From: Elusimicrobiota bacterium
GTDB lineage: Bacteria > Elusimicrobiota > Elusimicrobia > UBA1565
Assembly (NCBI GenBank): GCA_043827405.1
Contig: JBDRPD010000083.1
Span: 64,001 to 128,000, forward strand
Reading direction: 5' to 3'
DNA: 64,000 nt
A model generated the notes under the pieces. The model had not been told where the DNA came from. It saw only the letters and a program-made list of their open reading frames with translations, and did no database searches. Shown here one piece after another: positions 8,950 to 18,535 of this stretch (positions are counted from its first letter, which is position 1; every line of letters begins with the position of its first letter). The translations under genes and the position numbers were made by a program.

Positions 8950-9948
8950 ATGAAACTCCTGGTGCTCGGCGGCAGCAAATTTCTCGGCCGTCATATCGTC
9001 GAATCCGCCCTTAACCGTTCCCACGAAGTAACCCTGTTCAATCGCGGCATGACTAATTCGGAGCTGTTCCAAGACGTTGAACGCGTCGTCGGTGATCGCA
9101 ATCGCGACCTCGCGAAACTGGCAGCCGGGAAATGGGACGTCGTCATCGACACCTGCGGCTACTTTCCCGGGCAAACCGCCCAAGCCGCGCAAGTATTACA
9201 GAACAAGGTACGCCGCTACTGCTTTATTTCCACTGTTTCGGTTTATGAGGACTTCTCTCAGGAGTATTTGGACGAAAATTCCGCGGTCGCTCAACTGCCC
9301 ATAGATCAAGATCCTGACGAAAATCGCCCCGAAACCTACGGCGCCAGGAAATATCTTTGTGAGAAGACTATTGAAGGAGCTTTCCGCGACCGTGCTCTCA
9401 TCATTCGTCCCGGCCTTATCGTCGGGCCTCACGACCCTTCCGGCCGCTTCACCTATTGGGTCGACCGCGCTGCCCGGGGCGGGGAGATCCTCGCCCCCGG
9501 AGACCCCAGTCTCCAGATCCAATATATCGACGCTCGTGATCTCGCCGTATGGATAGTAACGGCCCTGGAGAATAAGATCGGCGGGATCTATAACGCGGTA
9601 GGACCCGCTGCTCCGATGACGATGAAAGGCCTGATTGACTGCTGCATCCAGGGCGTGCAATCCAACGGCATGCCGCATTGGATCGACGAGGAATTTCTTG
9701 CGCAGCAGAAAGTCCTCCCCTGGATGGAGCTTCCGGTCTGGGTCGCCAAGGACAGCCTCGGCATCCATCACGTCGCCAATGAGCGCGCGCTCAAGGCCGG
9801 GCTGAAATTCCGCAGTCTCGAAGAGACCGTTCGCGATACCTGGGAATGGTTCAAGAAGGAGCATCCGGTCTATCCCGACGGTGTCGGATTAGATGCGCAA
9901 AAAGAGAAACATCTGCTCAAGGAATGGCGTCAAGCCCCGACCTGCTGA
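8950..9948 (+). CDS. NAD-dependent epimerase/dehydratase family (atypical SDR)
   Basis: LVLGGSKFLG, WDVVIDTCGY, YGARK, RPGLIVGPHD. Confidence 0.85.
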   Translation: MKLLVLGGSKFLGRHIVESALNRSHEVTLFNRGMTNSELFQDVERVVGDRNRDLAKLAAGKWDVVIDTCGYFPGQTAQAAQVLQNKVRRYCFISTVSVYEDFSQEYLDENSAVAQLPIDQDPDENRPETYGARKYLCEKTIEGAFRDRALIIRPGLIVGPHDPSGRFTYWVDRAARGGEILAPGDPSLQIQYIDARDLAVWIVTALENKIGGIYNAVGPAAPMTMKGLIDCCIQGVQSNGMPHWIDEEFLAQQKVLPWMELPVWVAKDSLGIHHVANERALKAGLKFRSLEETVRDTWEWFKKEHPVYPDGVGLDAQKEKHLLKEWRQAPTC

Positions 9949-10044
9949 ATCCCGCCAGGCATGCCCCCGTACGGCGATTCCCCAGTATATGAAAACAAAA
10001 AGTACAATAAGTCGAAGGCCGGTTCGAAACTTAAGCGGGGAATC

Positions 10045-11145
10045 ATGATTAGTCAGCAATGGGTCGACTATATTCGCACCAATATGGACAAGTACCCCAT
10101 CGAGGGTCTCAAGGCGGCGCTCATTAAGGGGGGGGCGACGCCTGAACAGGCCGAAGAAGCCGTTCGCTTGGCGAGCGCTCCGCCCCTGAGCGCCCCGCAG
10201 CCGCAAATAGAACCGCAGCATGAGCCCGAAGGGAACCCCGATTTCAAGACCATTATCGCGATCGCCAAGAAGGTGCTGTTTAGTCCCAGGGAATTCTACC
10301 GCGCCATGCCCAAGGACGGCGGCTATTTTCCGCCCCTGATATTTCTCGCCGTAATGGCGGCGACCGGTCTCGCCATTAAGGTCGTTCTCACCATCGTCTT
10401 CACTGTAGCCAATGTGCCCGGCCATGCCTCCACCGGTTCCTTCAGCGTGGTCATCTTCGGCACTATCGGTATGGCTCTCGCCTCGATGATCGTGATCCCC
10501 ATTTTCACCTTCATCGGGGCCGGCATCGCCATGGTGATATGGAAGCTGCTGGGCTCGCGGGAAAACTACGAGACCGCGTTTCGCTGCGGCGCCTATACCG
10601 CCGCCGTCATGCCGTTCTCGCTGTCATTGGAGATTATCCCGGTCATCGGATTCTATGCCGCGCTCGCCGTGCTCGGTTACACCACCTATCTCTATATCGC
10701 GGCTTCGGTTGAGGTGCACCATGTGCCGCAAAAGAGGGCCGTTTTCGCCTTCGGCGGGCTATGCCTGCTTATGATGCTGACCATGGTCGGCTCCCGGGCG
10801 GCCCTGGAGCGGGCCGCTAAAATGCAGCGCGCCAAGATGACCCCTCAGCCGCCCGGCGAGATCATGCAGGATGCGGCGACGCCGGCCACCAGGATGCAGA
10901 CTACCAAGACGGAAGGAATGGTCGGCCACTTCACGGATACCGGAGCGCTGCAGCAGTCCGGCTGGGAGTGGGTGGTGCGGGATATCGATTCCGCCAATTT
11001 GCTGCTGGAGCGCAATGTCAGGGTGCGGGATCGAAGGACCAAGCGCGGTCAGGACGAGACCCTGTACTACTACTTTGTGCAGTCAGGAGACGCCGGGCTG
11101 CTGGAGCGCTTGGGCTTCAAGCGCTCCGAGGATCCCGACCAGTAA
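10045..11145 (+). CDS. Yip1-domain membrane protein
   Basis: VLFSPREFY motif followed by about 5 TM segments and a soluble C-terminal extension. Confidence 0.7.
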   Translation: MISQQWVDYIRTNMDKYPIEGLKAALIKGGATPEQAEEAVRLASAPPLSAPQPQIEPQHEPEGNPDFKTIIAIAKKVLFSPREFYRAMPKDGGYFPPLIFLAVMAATGLAIKVVLTIVFTVANVPGHASTGSFSVVIFGTIGMALASMIVIPIFTFIGAGIAMVIWKLLGSRENYETAFRCGAYTAAVMPFSLSLEIIPVIGFYAALAVLGYTTYLYIAASVEVHHVPQKRAVFAFGGLCLLMMLTMVGSRAALERAAKMQRAKMTPQPPGEIMQDAATPATRMQTTKTEGMVGHFTDTGALQQSGWEWVVRDIDSANLLLERNVRVRDRRTKRGQDETLYYYFVQSGDAGLLERLGFKRSEDPDQ

Positions 11146-11863
11146 GCCGCCGTACGTCCGCCGCGATCGCCAAGAGGTTGGCCCGCACCCCGGGATTGCG
11201 CTTCTCCAGCAGGGGCAGGATGCGCCGCCGCACCCAGTTTCGGGTGAATTTCTCTGATTTATTCGTGCTGTCTGTGCGGTATGTGAGTCCAAAGGCTTTT
11301 AGGTAGGCCAAAATTTCCCGGCGGTTTAAAGCCATAAGGGGTCGGATCAGCTTAACCTTCGAGTCTGCGCGCAGCAGTCTTTTCGGAGGGATGCCCCCCA
11401 GCCCGCGCGCTTTCTTGCCTCGCAACAGATGCAGAATAAGAGTCTCGGCCTGGTCATCGGCATTATGGCCCACTGCGATCTTATTGCAGGCGAGCTTTCC
11501 GGCCCAGAAACCGAAAGCCCGGTAGCGCAGGAAGCGCGCCGCGTCCTCCAGGCTGCGTCTTTCCTGCTGGGCGAAAGCCCGCACCGGCAGTTCGTCGAGG
11601 ATGAAAGGCAGGCTTAGCCTGACCGCGATTTTTTCCACAAAAAGAGCGTCCCGGACCGCCTCCTTGCCGCGCAGGCCGTGATTAATGTGGAGCACCGCCA
11701 GGTTTAGGGAGCGCCGCCCGGCGATTCTGGCCAAATGATGGGCCAGGCAGACCGAATCCGGGCCTCCGGAGACCCCGATCAGGACCCTATCGCCGGAAGA
11801 GAGCAGCCGCTCCGCCCGGTCGAAGACCGCCAGATGTGACAAAAGTCGCTTGGGGGCGGGCAT
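11117..11863 (-). CDS. tilS: tRNA(Ile)-lysidine synthetase, short form (catalytic PP-loop domain only)
   Basis: VSGGPDS, HINHGLRG, ARFLRY, GHNADDQAET, IRPL, D.TN....FTRNWVR. Confidence 0.9.
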   Translation of the reverse strand: MPAPKRLLSHLAVFDRAERLLSSGDRVLIGVSGGPDSVCLAHHLARIAGRRSLNLAVLHINHGLRGKEAVRDALFVEKIAVRLSLPFILDELPVRAFAQQERRSLEDAARFLRYRAFGFWAGKLACNKIAVGHNADDQAETLILHLLRGKKARGLGGIPPKRLLRADSKVKLIRPLMALNRREILAYLKAFGLTYRTDSTNKSEKFTRNWVRRRILPLLEKRNPGVRANLLAIAADVRRLTGRDPRSA

Positions 11864-11919
11864 GCTAAATCGTACAAAATGATTGCTTTTTTCCGACCAG
11901 ATTATTATAAAATGGCTTC

Positions 11920-12303
11920 ATGACGAAGAAAGTATTGGTGATCGACGACGAACCGGAAATGCTCAACCTGATCCGGTTCACGCTGCAACAGGGCGGCTAC
12001 GATATCGTGACTTGCGATACCGGCCGGCATGCGTGGGCCGCGATAATGGACAACAAACCCGATCTCCTGCTTCTCGACGTTATGCTGCCGGGAATCGACG
12101 GCTACTCGCTGCAGATCAAGATCTCGCAGGACGAGGCCACCAAGCACATTCCGATTATCGTTCTAACGGCGCTTGAGCCGTCGCGGACGCTGTTCAAGAA
12201 ATTCGAGCAGGTGAAAGGCTTCATGACCAAGCCTTTCAAGACGGACGATCTCCTCGCGAAAGTCGAGGAGGTCATCGGCAAGGCGACGCAGTCGCCGGCC
12301 TAA
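11920..12303 (+). CDS. Single-domain response regulator (receiver)
   Basis: VLVIDDE, PDLLLLDVMLPGIDG, LTA, KPF. Confidence 0.92.
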   Translation: MTKKVLVIDDEPEMLNLIRFTLQQGGYDIVTCDTGRHAWAAIMDNKPDLLLLDVMLPGIDGYSLQIKISQDEATKHIPIIVLTALEPSRTLFKKFEQVKGFMTKPFKTDDLLAKVEEVIGKATQSPA

Positions 12304-12328
12304 ATCCCCGTTCCTTACCACAAACACT

Positions 12329-13627
12329 ATGCCCGAATATGATTTCGACGCTATCGTCGTAGGCGCCGGACCCGCCGGTATTTCCGCCGCCATTACCATG
12401 GCCAAGGGCGGGCTCAAGGTCGTCGTTCTCGAGCGCGGGGAGTATCCCGGGGCCAAGAATGTCCAGGGAGCGGTGCTGTACTCGCAGATGCTCCATGAGA
12501 TCATCCCCGAATTCTGGAAGGACCCCAAGTCCGCCATGGAGCGGCCGATCGTCGAGCAGAAGATATGCCTCACCACCGAGGACTCCTGGCTGACGACCGC
12601 TTATCACTCCAAGAAGTTCCTGGAGGGCGTACCCAACTGCTACACCATCATCCGTACCCAGTTTGATCAGTGGTATGCGAGCAAGGCCGAGGAGGCCGGC
12701 GTCGAGGTCTACCCCGGCGTCAAGGTGGAGGACGTCCTGCGTGAGGACGGCAAGATCTGCGGCGTCAAAATGACCGACGACGAGGTCCTGCGGGCGCCGG
12801 TGGTCATCGCCTGCGACGGCGTCAACTCGATCATCGCCCAGAAGGCGGGTTTCCGCGAGGAGCTTAAGCCCGCGGAAGTGGCCCTGGGCGCCAAGGAGGT
12901 GCTGGCCCTCGACGCCGGGAAGATCGAGGAGCGCTTCTGCCTGGAGAAGGGCGAAGGCGCTACCATGGAGATGTTCGGCTCCACCACCTACGAGATGCTG
13001 GGCTACGTTTTTCTCTACACCAACAAGGAGTCTCTGGCGCTGGGCGTCGGCTGCAAGCTCACCGACTACCAGAAGACCGGCCTGCGGCCGTCCGAACATC
13101 TGGAGCTGGTCAAGAAGCACCCTTATATCAAGAAGCTCATCGAAGGCTCCAAGCCCCTCGAGTACTCGGCGCACCTGATCCCCGAGGGCGGCTACCATTC
13201 GATGCCGCCTTTGGCCAAGGACGGCTTTCTGGTCGCCGGCGACGCCGCGCAGATGGTCAACGCCGCCTTCCGCGAAGGCTCCAACCTCGCCATGACTTCC
13301 GGCATGCTCGCCGGACAGACCGTCATTGAGGCCAAGAAGGCGGAAGACTACAGCGAGGCGCAGCTGTCGTCCTATATCGACAAGCTGGAGGCTTCCTACG
13401 TGCTGCCCGATCTCGAAGAGGTCAAGGACCTGGAGAACCATATCGAGAACAGCGAGGGCTTCCTCGATTTCTACACCCGCTTGGCCTGCGCCATGGCGCA
13501 TATGCGCTTCTCGTGCGACGGGCAGCCCAAGAAAGAACACTTCAAGAAGGCCATCGGCATGGTTAAAAAGCGCGGCTTTATCCGCATGGCGCGCGACCTA
13601 TGGCCGCTGCGGAAGGTGGCGGTATGA
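12329..13627 (+). CDS. fixC: FixC-type FAD-dependent ETF:quinone oxidoreductase
   Basis: VVGAGPAG, ERGEYPGAKN, LYTNKES, EYSAHLIPEGG, GDAA, EGSNLAM. Confidence 0.88.
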   Translation: MPEYDFDAIVVGAGPAGISAAITMAKGGLKVVVLERGEYPGAKNVQGAVLYSQMLHEIIPEFWKDPKSAMERPIVEQKICLTTEDSWLTTAYHSKKFLEGVPNCYTIIRTQFDQWYASKAEEAGVEVYPGVKVEDVLREDGKICGVKMTDDEVLRAPVVIACDGVNSIIAQKAGFREELKPAEVALGAKEVLALDAGKIEERFCLEKGEGATMEMFGSTTYEMLGYVFLYTNKESLALGVGCKLTDYQKTGLRPSEHLELVKKHPYIKKLIEGSKPLEYSAHLIPEGGYHSMPPLAKDGFLVAGDAAQMVNAAFREGSNLAMTSGMLAGQTVIEAKKAEDYSEAQLSSYIDKLEASYVLPDLEEVKDLENHIENSEGFLDFYTRLACAMAHMRFSCDGQPKKEHFKKAIGMVKKRGFIRMARDLWPLRKVAV

Positions 13628-13938
13628 GCACGATTAAGATCGACAAGGAGACCGTGGAAGAGAAGCTCGGCCTTCTCGACTACAAGAAGTACTCCGAGAC
13701 CCATATCACGCTTAAGGATACCTCGGCGAACGCGCCCTGCGCGTCCAAGTGCGCCGACAAGCCCTGCGTGGCCATCTGTCCGGCCAAGGTCTATGAGTGG
13801 GAAGAGGAGCACAAGAAGGTTCTCGTGGCCTATGAGAACTGCATCGAGTGCGGCGCCTGCCGCATGCTGTGTCCGTTCGACAATATTGAGTGCGACTGGC
13901 CCCCGGCCGGCCACGGCGTCAAGTACAAGTACGGCTGA
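13624..13938 (+). CDS. fixX: FixX ferredoxin-like protein
   Basis: CVAICPAKVY, CIECGACRMLC, GVKYKYG end; ATGA overlap with fixC. Confidence 0.88.
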   Translation: MSTIKIDKETVEEKLGLLDYKKYSETHITLKDTSANAPCASKCADKPCVAICPAKVYEWEEEHKKVLVAYENCIECGACRMLCPFDNIECDWPPAGHGVKYKYG

Positions 13939-13949
13939 GCGCGCGGCCG

Positions 13950-16265
13950 CTAGAACCGCATTCCTCCCGACAGATACAGCAGCCCTTGGAAGGTGTCCCG
14001 CTTGGGGCCGTAGCCGTAGCCGGCATCGGCGTAAAAGTGGTTCCACAGATGCAGCCAGCCGAGGCCGGCGACGGAGTTGAAGAGTTGCGTCTTCGCGTCC
14101 TTGGGCGTTACCGCGCCGACATCTCCGAACAGGTAGGGTCCGGTCGAAACTACGTCGCGCAGATGCCAGCGGGCGCGTATGCCGACGCCTTTATGTCCGC
14201 TCATCTTGGCCAGGCCGTAGTAGATTCCCCCAGACCAGTTGTCGCTTAGCGCGTAGAACAGATTGAAGGTGAAGCCTGTGGGCTTGGTTAGGGCGAAGCC
14301 CGTCTGCAGGCGCTTGGCGAAGAGGATGCGGCGCTTGATGCTCTGGGCGTTGTCGATGCGGAGATCCTCCTCGATGAGGTCTTTGAGGACGTGATCGCGC
14401 AGCCGGTAGTACTTCTCCGGCGCATAGTACTCGTCCTTGGCCAACTCGAGCGACTGCAGGAAGTCCTGATAGCCGCGGTAGTGGGTGAGAAATATGTCCT
14501 TGGGCGCGCGGTAGCGAATGAGGAAGTGGCCGGCGGTCTCCGGCGCGTAGATCTCTTCGGTGTAGAAGGCTTCGTGCCGTTCGCCGATATGCCAGTGATC
14601 GCGGTACAGGTGCGTCGTGTAGCGCGCGCGGCTGGCGAAACGGTCGCCGAGCATCACGGTGTCGAGCGTGCGGCGATCGGAAATAGCGCCCTTGGCGCGC
14701 AGGCGGCGCCGGAACTCATCGGGCGCCAGCCAGTCGTCCGAGCCTTCGGTCTGATAGGTGATGGAGAAGGAGGCCTGGCCGCCGGGCGCCGCGTAGCGCT
14801 CGCCGCCCGGGATGGCGACCGGTCCTCTCCAACCGAGCGGGACCTGGTGGGAGTAGCGGCGGTTCTTCGGCGCCGGAGCTTCCTTGTCGTCGAAGCCGGG
14901 CAGGGGGACCGGGACGTCTTCTTGGCCTTTCTTCTCTTCCTTGTCCCGGCGCTGCAGGTGCGCGCGCCGCGAGGCGTTGATGTCCTCGTAGAAGCGGTAG
15001 ACGCCGAATCGCCAGTGCATTCCCAGGTGGCCGGTGAGTACGTCGGCGGCGCCGCCGCTGAGGCCGAGGCGCTGCGCCCGCGCTTCCAGCGACATGCCGA
15101 CGACGTCGGAGAACCGCGCCTCGAGACCGAGCGCCGCGGTCAGCACCGTGCCTTTTGATTTAAGGGTTACGGTGTCGCATTGGGCCAAGCCCTTGTTGTT
15201 GAAGCAGGCGAAGGGCGCCTCGCCTTTGAGCTGCAGCTTGATCGCGGTGTCATGCTGGCCGAAGCCGGCGATGAAGTACGGGGTCCATTTTTGTTTGCCG
15301 ATGGGATTGATGCGCGTGACCAATGAGAACGCCAAAGTGTTGATCGTGGTGTCTATCCCGGTGGCCGGCGGGGCGTCCACGGTCCGTTTTTCCTTGAAGT
15401 ATTGGGTGTAGCCCAGTTCCGGGCCGAAGCCGAGCCAGTCCCAAGGATAAAACAGGAAGCGCAGGTTGGCTCCGGCGCCGGTTTTCTCCTTGGCGTCCAC
15501 GCCGCCGAGCTTCCCCGTAAACCGGGAGTAGCCGGGTGAGAAGGCAACGGCGAAACGCGTGCCGACATAGGAGGGCCGTTCGGAAAGCCGGGTCGGCAGC
15601 GCGGCGTCGCGGCCGGCATAGACGTCCTCGATCATGCCGTCGCGGTCGAGGTAGAACTCCTCGGGCCGGTAGCGTTCGTCGGCGCGCAAAGTCATAGTGC
15701 GCAGGAAGGTCAGGTAGCTGTCCCGGTGGCGGTCGAATTCCTCCGCGAGTGCTTTATAGTGCAGGACGTAGAGCCCATCGGGATCGGGGATGACGATCTC
15801 CTCGTTGGTGTAAGTCGAGGAGCGGTCGCCGAAAAGCTTCTTTTGGCCGTAGACCACGGTCCGGTAGCGGGCACGGCTGCCGTAGCGTCCGGCGACTTTG
15901 ACCGGCGATAGGACGTGGGTGTCGGCTATCGTGCCTTTGCTGCGCAGATGGGCGCGGTAGGCGGCGGGGCCGCCCCACTTGCCCACATGCCGGCGCCGGT
16001 AAATCACAGTGAAGGAGGCGCTGGTATTGGGCCGGGCGAAGCTCTCGCCGTGCGGCAGGGTGATCGGGCCCCACCAGCCCTCGGCGATGCGCAGGGAGTA
16101 GCGTTTGGTTTCATAGGTGCCGGTCGCAGTTGCGACGGCGTCCTCGAGGCCGGGCAAGGTCAGCGCGCTCGTAGCCCCGGAGGAAAGGGGCGCCGCGAAG
16201 ACGAGTCGGGCAAGCAGAACCGGGCCGACCGCCCAGAGGGCGGTCCGCCGCCAATGCATATGCAT
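13950..16265 (-). CDS. Predicted outer-membrane protein with two repeats of [soluble domain + beta-barrel]
   Basis: Signal peptide, internal duplication, amphipathic strands (PYFIAGFG, PYLFGDVG), C-terminal YLSGGMRF. Confidence 0.6.
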   Translation of the reverse strand: MHMHWRRTALWAVGPVLLARLVFAAPLSSGATSALTLPGLEDAVATATGTYETKRYSLRIAEGWWGPITLPHGESFARPNTSASFTVIYRRRHVGKWGGPAAYRAHLRSKGTIADTHVLSPVKVAGRYGSRARYRTVVYGQKKLFGDRSSTYTNEEIVIPDPDGLYVLHYKALAEEFDRHRDSYLTFLRTMTLRADERYRPEEFYLDRDGMIEDVYAGRDAALPTRLSERPSYVGTRFAVAFSPGYSRFTGKLGGVDAKEKTGAGANLRFLFYPWDWLGFGPELGYTQYFKEKRTVDAPPATGIDTTINTLAFSLVTRINPIGKQKWTPYFIAGFGQHDTAIKLQLKGEAPFACFNNKGLAQCDTVTLKSKGTVLTAALGLEARFSDVVGMSLEARAQRLGLSGGAADVLTGHLGMHWRFGVYRFYEDINASRRAHLQRRDKEEKKGQEDVPVPLPGFDDKEAPAPKNRRYSHQVPLGWRGPVAIPGGERYAAPGGQASFSITYQTEGSDDWLAPDEFRRRLRAKGAISDRRTLDTVMLGDRFASRARYTTHLYRDHWHIGERHEAFYTEEIYAPETAGHFLIRYRAPKDIFLTHYRGYQDFLQSLELAKDEYYAPEKYYRLRDHVLKDLIEEDLRIDNAQSIKRRILFAKRLQTGFALTKPTGFTFNLFYALSDNWSGGIYYGLAKMSGHKGVGIRARWHLRDVVSTGPYLFGDVGAVTPKDAKTQLFNSVAGLGWLHLWNHFYADAGYGYGPKRDTFQGLLYLSGGMRF

Positions 16266-16336
16266 GCTTTAAGAATAGCAGGAAGGCCGAGGTCGGCGAT
16301 AACGCAATTATTGAGGGAAAACGAAGAAAAAACGTC

Positions 16337-17434
16337 TTATTTCGGCGGTTCGGCCAGCATTCTCCGGTAGTAGGCCGAAACCAGGCAGGTCATGGGGAGC
16401 GCAATTACCAGGCCGAGAAAGCCCAGGAGCTTGCCCCAGATAGAGATCGAGAGCAGGATCATGGCGGGAGAGAGACCGGTGGCCTTCCCCATGATGCGCG
16501 GCGTGATCAGCGTGTCCTGCAGCACCTGCACCACCGCGAAGACCGCGACGGTAAGGCCGACGATGGTCGGCACGCTGCCCCCGGTCTCCAGAGCCATGAT
16601 GATGGCGAGGACCGAGGCCGGGATCAGCCCCACAATCTGCAGGTAGGGCACCATATTGAGCAGTCCAACCAAGAGCCCCAGGAGAATCCCCATCGGCAGG
16701 CCGATCAAAGTGAAGCCGAAGGCGAAGAGCAGGCCGACGGTGCCCGCGACGACCGCCTGGGCGCGGAAATAGCGGCTCATTTGGGAATCGAACTCCTGCA
16801 GGAATTCTACGATCGATTCGCGGTAGAACTCGGGGATCATCTGCTGCCAGTCGCGCTTGACCTTCTGGTAGTCCAGCAGGAGGAAGACAAGGTAGAGCAG
16901 GATGACTAACAGGCCGACGACGCCGAGCAGAAAGTTGGTGGTCCCCGCGACCAGTCCCCAAACGCCCGGGAGCACCTTGCCGACGGTCGATTGGGCCAGG
17001 CTCCAGAAGTCTTTTTGCCGCACCAGTTCCATAAACTGCTGTTTGGTCATATATTCGCGAATCGATTCCCATAGGTTGGGAGGGAGCTTTTCGGCCGCGC
17101 GCCGGGCCAGCTCGGCGTCGGATGCCAGCCGTCCCAGCAGCTTGCCCATATGCGCGATCTCGCGCATGATCATCGGGACGAGGAAGCAGCCGGCGATCGC
17201 CAGCACCGCCGCGATAGCGGCCAAGGTCGCGAACACCGCCAGCGGGCGGTTGCCGATGCGTTTTTGCACCTTTACCACCAGGGGATTGAGCAGGTAGGCC
17301 AGCAGGAAGGCGACGGCGAAGGGGAACAGCACATCGCTCAGGTAGCCGACGGTAAGAATCGCGGAGTAGAGGAGCCCGGCGGTCGCCGCCAGGCGGAATA
17401 CCCGGTCGAAGGTGTAGGGGCGTTCTCCGAGCAT
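16337..17434 (-). CDS. AI-2E (PerM-like) family transporter
   Basis: PFAVAFLLAYLLNPLV, RYFRAQ, NMVPYL, ITPRIMG..GLSP, GLVIALP. Confidence 0.9.
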   Translation of the reverse strand: MLGERPYTFDRVFRLAATAGLLYSAILTVGYLSDVLFPFAVAFLLAYLLNPLVVKVQKRIGNRPLAVFATLAAIAAVLAIAGCFLVPMIMREIAHMGKLLGRLASDAELARRAAEKLPPNLWESIREYMTKQQFMELVRQKDFWSLAQSTVGKVLPGVWGLVAGTTNFLLGVVGLLVILLYLVFLLLDYQKVKRDWQQMIPEFYRESIVEFLQEFDSQMSRYFRAQAVVAGTVGLLFAFGFTLIGLPMGILLGLLVGLLNMVPYLQIVGLIPASVLAIIMALETGGSVPTIVGLTVAVFAVVQVLQDTLITPRIMGKATGLSPAMILLSISIWGKLLGFLGLVIALPMTCLVSAYYRRMLAEPPK

Positions 17435-17437
17435 GGC

Positions 17438-18535
17438 CTATTCTATCATGGCGGCGACGCGTTCGGCGACGGCGGGCGAAGCGGTCAGGCCCGGCGATTC
17501 GACGCCGATCAGATTGATCAGGCCCTCCAGTCCGCGGCCGCTCTCTTCCTGAATCACAAAATCGCGAAAGCCCCCTTCGGGTCCGGTCAGCTTGGGCCGG
17601 ATGCCGGCGGTGTCGGGGGAGATGTCCTGCTCGCGCAGGCCGGGCCAAAAACGCCGCGCGGCGGCGGCGAACTTTCCGGCCAGCTCAGCCGGAACGTCGT
17701 AGTCGATCTCGTCGGTGAACTCGGTGTCCGGCCCGAGCCGCACGCGGCCCCGGCGGTCCGGGGTTAGATGTACGCCGAGCCCGTGCTTGGACGGCACGGG
17801 ATAGATGAGATGGGGCAGCTTGAACTCTTTGTTGTAGCGAAAGTAGCGGCCCTTGCACCAAAACAGCCGGTAGCCGGCCGCGCGGATATCGACGCCGGCC
17901 AGCTGCGCGATCTTATCGGCGTAGAGGCCGGCGGCGTTGATCAGCCAGCGCGCATGCAGCTTCTCATTATTTTCGCCGAAGGTCACCGCGTAGCCGCCGG
18001 CGCGGCGGTCGATGCCGTGCACGGCGTTCTGAAAAAGGAATACCGCGCCGCCGTCTTCGGCCCGGCGAAAGAAGTGGCCCATGAGCTCTTCGCTGTCGAT
18101 GATGCCGGAGTCGGGGCACCACAGGGCGGCCTTGACCTTGATCTTCGGTATTTTTTTACGCACCGCCGCGCCGGTGACGAGCTCCAGGTTTTCCGCGCCG
18201 GAGACGGCGGCATTGTCCCGGATGCCCTCCAGGCGGCCCGTCTCTTCTTCGTCCGTCGCGACGATAAACTTGCCGGTTCTCTGCGCGAAGATGCCGGTAT
18301 CCGCGGCCAGACGGTAGAGCCGGCGTCGTCCTTCATGGCATAGCCGGCTCTTCAGGCTGTCGGGGGGATAGTAGATGCCGGCATGAATGACCTCGCTGTT
18401 GCGGCTTGAGGTCTCGGTGCCGTAGCGCGGGGCCTTCTCCAGCACCACTACGCTGCGGCCGCCGCGGGCAAGGCGCGCGGCCGCGGCCAACCCCAGAACG
18501 CCGGCGCCGATGATGCAGATATCGACTTTTTCCAC
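17438..18535 (-). CDS. FAD-dependent oxidoreductase, L-2-hydroxyglutarate oxidase-like
   Basis: IIGAGVLG, TSSRNSEVIHAGIYY, GIRPKL, GVESPGLTAS; GTG start overlaps the upstream TAG (TAGTG). Confidence 0.85.
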   Translation of the reverse strand: MEKVDICIIGAGVLGLAAAARLARGGRSVVVLEKAPRYGTETSSRNSEVIHAGIYYPPDSLKSRLCHEGRRRLYRLAADTGIFAQRTGKFIVATDEEETGRLEGIRDNAAVSGAENLELVTGAAVRKKIPKIKVKAALWCPDSGIIDSEELMGHFFRRAEDGGAVFLFQNAVHGIDRRAGGYAVTFGENNEKLHARWLINAAGLYADKIAQLAGVDIRAAGYRLFWCKGRYFRYNKEFKLPHLIYPVPSKHGLGVHLTPDRRGRVRLGPDTEFTDEIDYDVPAELAGKFAAAARRFWPGLREQDISPDTAGIRPKLTGPEGGFRDFVIQEESGRGLEGLINLIGVESPGLTASPAVAERVAAMIE

